From contig CAVYVF010000023.1 of NCBI GenBank assembly GCA_963771885.1, positions 328,668 through 392,667 on the forward strand: DNA of 64,000 bases. Reading direction: 5' to 3'. The notes under the pieces are model-generated. The model searched no databases. It saw nothing but the letters and a program-made list of their open reading frames with translations, and had not been told where the DNA came from. Origin of the DNA: Candidatus Bathyarchaeota archaeon (lineage in GTDB: Archaea; Thermoproteota; Bathyarchaeia; TCS64). The translations under genes and the position numbers were made by a program. Shown here one piece after another: positions 58,822 through 64,000 of this stretch (position 1 is the stretch's first letter; the number at the start of each line of letters is the position of its first letter).

Positions 58822-59042
58822 AGGACGTCGCTGGCGTCGTAGACCTTGACGCGTTGGAGACGCTCTACCTCGGTCAGTTCCCTCGCGTGTTTGACGGCGT
58901 GTTTCTCGTCCTCGTCCGACCAATACTTGCGTTCATCAAGCTATCGCAGTCTCGAGCTGCCTTAGGTACACCACTGATACCAATAGAAAACCGAGAGCCC
59001 GAGCGCCGCTAATTTATAGCGTTAATCGAGTGAAAATATGGA

Positions 59043-60269
59043 TTAGTTCGGCTTCCACAAGCCCCTCGCCACGGCGGGGACGAAACCACGGACGGAGTCG
59101 GGGCTGAACTTCAGCGTCTTTCCCTCCTCCGCCGACTTATAGGCGTGCATCATAAGCCTGGTAACGAGCAGTCCGTCGTGCCACGTCTCCTCAGGCCGCT
59201 CACCCTCCGCGAAGCACTCGACCATATGCCTACACTCCGCAGCGTAGCCGTAGGCCGCCGCCTCATCTGGCACAATGGGCATGAGCCCCTGCTCGGCCGC
59301 CTGCTTCTCGACGAAGTCCTCGCCCTGTTTGGCTTGGATGTTCCTGCTCAGGAAGACGCTGAGTTCCTGCTGGAGGCTGTTCATGGCGACGCTATACTCG
59401 GGTCCGAAGACTTCCATGCTGAGGCGGAGCCCGGGGCCCGTGTAGCACCAGCTTACCTTCGCCTCGGAGAGCACCTGATCCTCTCCGTCCTGGTAGGTGA
59501 TGTTGACGCTGGCGTAGTCCTCGGCGGGGGCGACGGAGTAGTCGACGCCATACTGCTTCTTAAGCTGGCCCATGGCTGGCTCGTGCGTCCATTTGAGGCT
59601 CCGAATGTCCCCCTGAACTGAGACTGGCTTGAGGCTTCCTGGCCTCTCGGGGTCTGTGAGCAGGTATCGTGATGCCTCGATGCTGTGGCACGCCATGTCT
59701 AGGAGGACACCACCGCCGCTCCGACGCGGGTCCCAAAACCATGGCATGTGCGGTCCGCCGTGCTCCTCTGCTGCGCGCCCAAGGTAGGGCCTACCTGCCT
59801 TTCGGGCGCCGTGGCGCCAGAGCGCGTCGCGTCCCCTGACGACGCTTGGCGAAAAGACCTGGTTCTCGAGGTAGCCGTGGAGGAGCTCCGTCTTCTCGAC
59901 GAGCTTGACCATCTCCTCGGCCTCGTCAGCGGTTCTGCCTAGTGGCTTTTCGCAGGCGACTCCGATGAGGTTGCCCTTGCCCTGCAGCGCCTCCTCGGCG
60001 ATCACCTTTACAGTATCTAGGCGCGCGTAGTTGGGGTTCATCACCCAGACGGCGTTGACCGCCTTGTCAGCAAGCATCCTGTGCAGATCGGTGTAGATGT
60101 TCGGGTTTCCTATGCCGAGGCCGTTGCAGTACGCGGCAAGCTTTCTCGCCCCCTCGGGGTGTGGGTTGTATATCGCGGTGATGTCGGCGCCCCTGACCGA
60201 TGTCCATCCTTGGGCCATGAACCTGGCGATGAAGCCCGAGCCGATGAATCCGACTCCCAGCTTGTCCAT
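59043..60269 (-). CDS. Gfo/Idh/MocA family NAD(P)-dependent oxidoreductase
   Basis: Start at internal M (MDKLGVGFIGSGFIARF, Rossmann GxGxxG); EKP motif (ACEKPLG). Confidence 0.7.
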   Translation of the reverse strand: MDKLGVGFIGSGFIARFMAQGWTSVRGADITAIYNPHPEGARKLAAYCNGLGIGNPNIYTDLHRMLADKAVNAVWVMNPNYARLDTVKVIAEEALQGKGNLIGVACEKPLGRTADEAEEMVKLVEKTELLHGYLENQVFSPSVVRGRDALWRHGARKAGRPYLGRAAEEHGGPHMPWFWDPRRSGGGVLLDMACHSIEASRYLLTDPERPGSLKPVSVQGDIRSLKWTHEPAMGQLKKQYGVDYSVAPAEDYASVNITYQDGEDQVLSEAKVSWCYTGPGLRLSMEVFGPEYSVAMNSLQQELSVFLSRNIQAKQGEDFVEKQAAEQGLMPIVPDEAAAYGYAAECRHMVECFAEGERPEETWHDGLLVTRLMMHAYKSAEEGKTLKFSPDSVRGFVPAVARGLWKPN

Positions 60270-60300
60270 GCCTGAGAATCCGCCCGTGGCTCGGATAAGA

Positions 60301-60726
60301 CTACCCACTACGCTTGCCTACGCGAAGGAGCCTACCATCCCTGACCCTGCCGAGGTCGAGGGCGTGCCCCGCGGAGAAGACGATGTGGTGCTCCTCAGTC
60401 GCCTCGACCACAATCGGCTTTCTGTCGATGAAGGCAGCGGCGTCTCCGTGTGTGAGAATTATCGAGTCGCTCCGGGAGCTGGCGAAGAGCTGCAGCCCCG
60501 CGACTGTAGGCACTGTTTCAGCGCCACGTGCAACCAGTATGCCGACAGAGTCCGTCTTCAGCTTCCGTAACGGCAGCGTAATGACTTTAGGCGAGACCGC
60601 CCAGATTCCCTCCTCGCCCTCAAGCACCTCGCATCCGGCTAATGCATCGACATCGAACCCATATCGCTCGACTAGGTGGGCCAGCAGCAGGCGCCTCTCT
60701 TCCCCAGCGATCAGCCTCAGCGACAT
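60301..60726 (-). CDS. PUA-like domain protein, probably the C-terminal domain of the upstream NSUN methyltransferase (separate ORF, or split by frameshift)
   Basis: 141 aa; resembles the RsmF-type C-terminal RNA-binding domain; 10-nt overlap with the NSUN stop; its frame stays open upstream of the annotated Met. Confidence 0.4.
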   Translation of the reverse strand: MSLRLIAGEERRLLLAHLVERYGFDVDALAGCEVLEGEEGIWAVSPKVITLPLRKLKTDSVGILVARGAETVPTVAGLQLFASSRSDSIILTHGDAAAFIDRKPIVVEATEEHHIVFSAGHALDLGRVRDGRLLRVGKRSG

Positions 60727-61643
60727 CTCTGTATCCTCGCTACGAAGAATCCCTGCGTCTTATGGTGGTGAGGGTAGAGGCGGACGCATCTCGACACTCT
60801 ATCGTCATATCTTATGCCTCTCCACTCCGTTTCCCCCTCGGTATGCCTGAGGGGATTGATTGAGATCTCTTTTACGTCAGCGTCCCTATGCCTTCTCAAC
60901 AGAGAATCTACGACCCCCTCGTTCTCCTCCGGCGACAACGTGCAAGTCGAGTAGATCAACATACCCCCGGGGGCGAGAAGACCGAAGCAGCTCTCGATGA
61001 GCTTTTCCTGTAGTCGGCTGCACCTCTGCACCCTGGAGGGCTTCCAGAGAGCGAGCGCCTCGGCATCATCTCCTATGCGTCCCTCGCAGCTACACGGCGC
61101 ATCGAGCAGCACCTTATCGAATATCTGTCCCACGTCGGGGTGTACACTCATGTCGAGCGTCGTCACCGCTGCATTCAGGACGCCCATGCGGCTTAGATTG
61201 AACCGGAGGACACGCGTCCTGTGCACGTCCACCTCATTCGCGGCAACGGCGCCACCGTTTTCCATGAGAGCGGATATGTGCGTCGTCTTCCCTCCGGGGG
61301 CTGCTGCAGCGTCCAACACAACACTCTCAGGGCTCGGGTCGAGTACCTCGGGTGGAAGGAGAGAGGCGGCGTCCTCGAGGTAGAATAGGCCTTGGAAGTG
61401 GGCGACTGAGTCGCCGAGACCATGCCCACGTTCACTTATCCAGAAACCAGTCGGGCACCAGGGCACGGGGTCGAGTGCGAGTCCCGCTTCCCCTGCGAGC
61501 CCCTTCACCTCCCCCACAGTCGCTTTGAGCGTGTTCACCCGTAGGCAGGGCCGCGGCGGTGAGGCCAGAGCATCTTTGTATTCGCTGTACTCGTCGCCAA
61601 GAATTTCGGCGAGGCGACCGGCGAGGGTGGGAGGGAGCGTCAA
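60717..61643 (-). CDS. NOL1/NOP2/Sun family RNA (cytosine-C5)-methyltransferase
   Basis: SAM motif DAAAAPGGKT, motif IV DAPCS, motif VI TCT(L)SPEENE; ends at the GFFVARI motif typical of the MTase domain end. Confidence 0.8.
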   Translation of the reverse strand: MTLPPTLAGRLAEILGDEYSEYKDALASPPRPCLRVNTLKATVGEVKGLAGEAGLALDPVPWCPTGFWISERGHGLGDSVAHFQGLFYLEDAASLLPPEVLDPSPESVVLDAAAAPGGKTTHISALMENGGAVAANEVDVHRTRVLRFNLSRMGVLNAAVTTLDMSVHPDVGQIFDKVLLDAPCSCEGRIGDDAEALALWKPSRVQRCSRLQEKLIESCFGLLAPGGMLIYSTCTLSPEENEGVVDSLLRRHRDADVKEISINPLRHTEGETEWRGIRYDDRVSRCVRLYPHHHKTQGFFVARIQRCR

Positions 61644-61684
61644 GCTGTCCTAAGAATGGATTAATGTGCTTAAAGGTGCCTCGG

Positions 61685-61945
61685 CTAGCGGACCATCCGT
61701 TTAAGCTCCTTCGAATTTATCGCGACCCTGTAGGCGTCTCGCATCTGCATCTGCTTGTAATCCTCGTAACTCATGTGGGTGTTAGGGTAGAGCTGCTTGT
61801 ACCTCTTGTAGGGGAGCCTTATATCCCCCTCATGCTGCTGGATGAGCCGGTCCCTGGGGCGCGCAGAGATGGCTAGGGCTACGAACTCTAGCACGAGGAT
61901 TGGTATGGCGATCCAGAGCAGGGTCGCTGTGATGTCCCCGCTCAC
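61685..61945 (-). CDS. small single-TM membrane protein downstream of stomatin
   Basis: 86 aa; TM ATLLWIAIPILVLEFVALAISA; 4-nt overlap with the stomatin gene. Confidence 0.4.
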   Translation of the reverse strand: MSGDITATLLWIAIPILVLEFVALAISARPRDRLIQQHEGDIRLPYKRYKQLYPNTHMSYEDYKQMQMRDAYRVAINSKELKRMVR

Positions 61946-62853
61946 TGCTTCGCCGCCTCCCCACTGGTCTTCTTGAGGGGGAGGACCGGCGTCCCCTCGA
62001 GGCCGAGGACGTTGAGCACATCTGAGTTCGACGGAACGACGATCTTCGTCTGGTTGGCGAATGTGTCCCTGATGACGTCGAGCTTCTTGTTGATCTGGGC
62101 GTTCTCCTTGAAGTACTCGTTGGCGGCCTCGGAGACGAGCTTTATCGCCTTGGCGTCCGCCTCGGCGACGAGGAGTATGCTCTGGCTCCTGCCCTCCGCG
62201 ACGAGGATCGTCGCCTCCTTGTCCTGCTCGGCGGCCTCCTTACGGCCCGTAGCCTGCAGCCTCGCCTGGCGGCGCTCCTGCTCGGCTGTCTTCTGTTTGT
62301 GCATCGCCTCCTGTATGTCCTTGGGCGGGTCGATGCGCTGCACCTCGATCCTGTTCACCTTGGTGCCCCACTTGTCCGTTGCCTCATCGAGGATCTGCCT
62401 CAGATCCGTGTTGATCTTCTCACGGCTCGTCAGGCAGGTGTCGAGCGTCATCTCGCCGACGACGTTCCTCAGCGTCGTCTGGGCGAGCTTGACTATCGCC
62501 ATCTCGAAGTCCTCGATCTCGTATATGGCGCGCTTCGGGTCCATTATCTGGTAGTAGACTACAGCATCAACGTTGACGACGACGTTGTCCTCTGTGATGA
62601 TCTCCTGGGGGGGCACGTCGATGACTTGTTCCCTCATGTTTACGCGGTATAACCTCTGCATGATCGGCACGATGGTCCTGAGGCCGGGGCCTACGGTCTT
62701 GCTGTATGCGCCCCAACTCTCAACGAGACCCCTCTCGTACTGACCGACCACCTTTATGCCCGCAACGGCGAAGGTGATTACACCTAGGACAACGACTAGC
62801 GCTATCACCGCTACCTGTATCTCGAACACAGTTAACCCCAAATTAACAATCAT
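61942..62853 (-). CDS. stomatin/prohibitin-like SPFH (band 7) protein
   Basis: N-terminal TM, SPFH core (GQYERGLVESWGAY...NVDAVVYYQI), coiled-coil tail. Confidence 0.8.
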   Translation of the reverse strand: MIVNLGLTVFEIQVAVIALVVVLGVITFAVAGIKVVGQYERGLVESWGAYSKTVGPGLRTIVPIMQRLYRVNMREQVIDVPPQEIITEDNVVVNVDAVVYYQIMDPKRAIYEIEDFEMAIVKLAQTTLRNVVGEMTLDTCLTSREKINTDLRQILDEATDKWGTKVNRIEVQRIDPPKDIQEAMHKQKTAEQERRQARLQATGRKEAAEQDKEATILVAEGRSQSILLVAEADAKAIKLVSEAANEYFKENAQINKKLDVIRDTFANQTKIVVPSNSDVLNVLGLEGTPVLPLKKTSGEAAKQ

Positions 62854-63317
62854 TCTTCATCTCCCCCTTCTACCTGCTCCACGATGAGGCTAACCCCCTC
62901 GACCCTAAGGACTCTGACGGCGGAGCCCTTGGGTATCAGGTCGTCCCCTTCGGCGCGTGCGAACCACTTCTCTCCAAAGAGCTTGATCAGCCCGCCCTCC
63001 ACAGGCTTGATGTCGGTCTGCGCCAGCGTCTCACGCCCGATGAGCGAGTCGACGTTCGTCGGGGTGAAGTTGGCCTTCGCGTCCCGGACGTGGGGATTAC
63101 CCACCATCTCGACAATCTGGTACTTCGACCCCTTGATCAGGTTAATGCGCCTAACGAGTTCGCCGAAGTCGTCGGTTTTAATTCTGAGCGTGAATCCCTC
63201 GTCGCATCTGACGAGGCTGTAGCTCGCCTCGTGCTGCTGGCTGAACTTGTCGAGGACTTGGTAGAGCTTGAACTCGTCGGCCTCTACCTTGAGCGCGACC
63301 ATCGTGGACATATCCAA
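62850..63317 (-). CDS. NfeD-like (stomatin operon partner) OB-fold protein, soluble short form
   Basis: C-terminal beta-barrel KPVEGGLIKLFGEKWFARAEGDDLIPKGSAVRVLRVEGVSLIV typical of NfeD; 4-nt overlap with stomatin. Confidence 0.6.
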   Translation of the reverse strand: MDMSTMVALKVEADEFKLYQVLDKFSQQHEASYSLVRCDEGFTLRIKTDDFGELVRRINLIKGSKYQIVEMVGNPHVRDAKANFTPTNVDSLIGRETLAQTDIKPVEGGLIKLFGEKWFARAEGDDLIPKGSAVRVLRVEGVSLIVEQVEGGDEE

Positions 63318-63426
63318 ATGATCCTTTGTAAAGGGATGTATATAGGGTTATCGAGGGTTATCTATTATCATTTATTGTGGTCTATGTGGGCTCAGTACTT
63401 TATAGGGGGACAGCGAGTATCCCCCA

Positions 63427-63885
63427 ATGGTCAGGAGCATCGTAATCGAGTTCCCATCCGTGCACTCTTCCGTGTGCGCCGACCTATGGGAGGAAGTGGA
63501 GCCAGAGCTCTGTGAGACCCTTTGGGGAAACCTCGCGGAGCCCATTAAGATGGTGTGCAGACACCCGGTTAGCAGCGGACAGGAGTTCAGTGCCGAAGCG
63601 CGCCCTCCGAGGCACCCCGTCAAGTCAGGCCTCGGCGTCGGGCGGAAGAGGTATCTTTACACGACGGTGCCTCTCGGCGGCGTCGTCTACGCCGTCACCG
63701 GCGGCTTCGGCGGCCTCAGCCTCTACTACGGGCCATGCACAGAACCCCTCCAGATCAGGGGAAGCGTCGTTGCACAGGTAATCCCCGAAGACCTCCCAAA
63801 GGCTGCGAAGGCGGGCAAGGCGGTCTGGGACGCTCAAGCGCTGGAGCACAAACCGATGACGATAGTCGTGAGGAGGGCACAGTAA
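63427..63885 (+). CDS. hypothetical protein
   Basis: 152 aa ORF; coding-like; no family recognised. Confidence 0.3.
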   Translation: MVRSIVIEFPSVHSSVCADLWEEVEPELCETLWGNLAEPIKMVCRHPVSSGQEFSAEARPPRHPVKSGLGVGRKRYLYTTVPLGGVVYAVTGGFGGLSLYYGPCTEPLQIRGSVVAQVIPEDLPKAAKAGKAVWDAQALEHKPMTIVVRRAQ

Positions 63886-64000
63886 TGAGGGACTGGCGAA
63901 CGGTCAAGGACGAGATTGAGAAGGACCTAGACCGCATCTTCTGGGACGAGCCCGTCGAGGTGGAGATGTGCCGTCTCGGAGTCTTCCCGAGCGGGGCGGA
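63885..64000 (+). CDS. hypothetical protein, N-terminal fragment (runs off window)
   Basis: ATG overlapping the previous stop by 1 nt; open to the window end. Confidence 0.3.
   Translation, partial: MRDWRTVKDEIEKDLDRIFWDEPVEVEMCRLGVFPSGA

Overview
GC-rich (~60%) archaeal chromosomal segment with a dense, largely housekeeping gene content. The lineage is probably TACK/Thermoproteota-like, inferred from a ribosomal protein eL13 gene, an RpoD subunit carrying Fe-S cysteine motifs, near-leaderless genes with TATA boxes about 25 nt upstream, and F420-type LLM oxidoreductase and cDPG-synthetase-like genes. Recognisable content: a split r-protein/RNA polymerase cluster (S13-S4-S11-rpoD-L18e, then 27 kb away L13-S9-L13e); tRNA-Lys(CUU); TFB; a TrmB regulator; two paralogous acetolactate synthase loci (ilvBH and ilvBH-ilvC); glycine cleavage P-protein subunits gcvPA/gcvPB; thrC with a pantoate-kinase-like GHMP kinase; a dtxR-feoB iron operon with clear DtxR-box palindromes; a P-type ATPase; two SPFH proteins (flotillin-like and stomatin with NfeD). 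Most interesting are (i) a complete NHEJ locus (Ku, LigD ligase fused to a C-terminal phosphoesterase domain, a DUF72 gene in the same operon, and a separate LigD primase-polymerase) and (ii) an arsenic-linked five-gene operon ACR3 / GcvH-like lipoyl protein / two DGC-domain proteins / OsmC with a divergent arsC, which looks like an undescribed thiol-lipoyl redox module attached to arsenite efflux. At least three genes (an MFS transporter and both ilvB copies) carry single-nucleotide frameshifts at short G/C runs, and an rRNA/tRNA m5C methyltransferase may be split from its PUA-like C-terminal domain. This points to a draft assembly with indel errors or to genuine pseudogenisation. No CRISPR arrays, rRNA genes or obvious mobile elements were seen.
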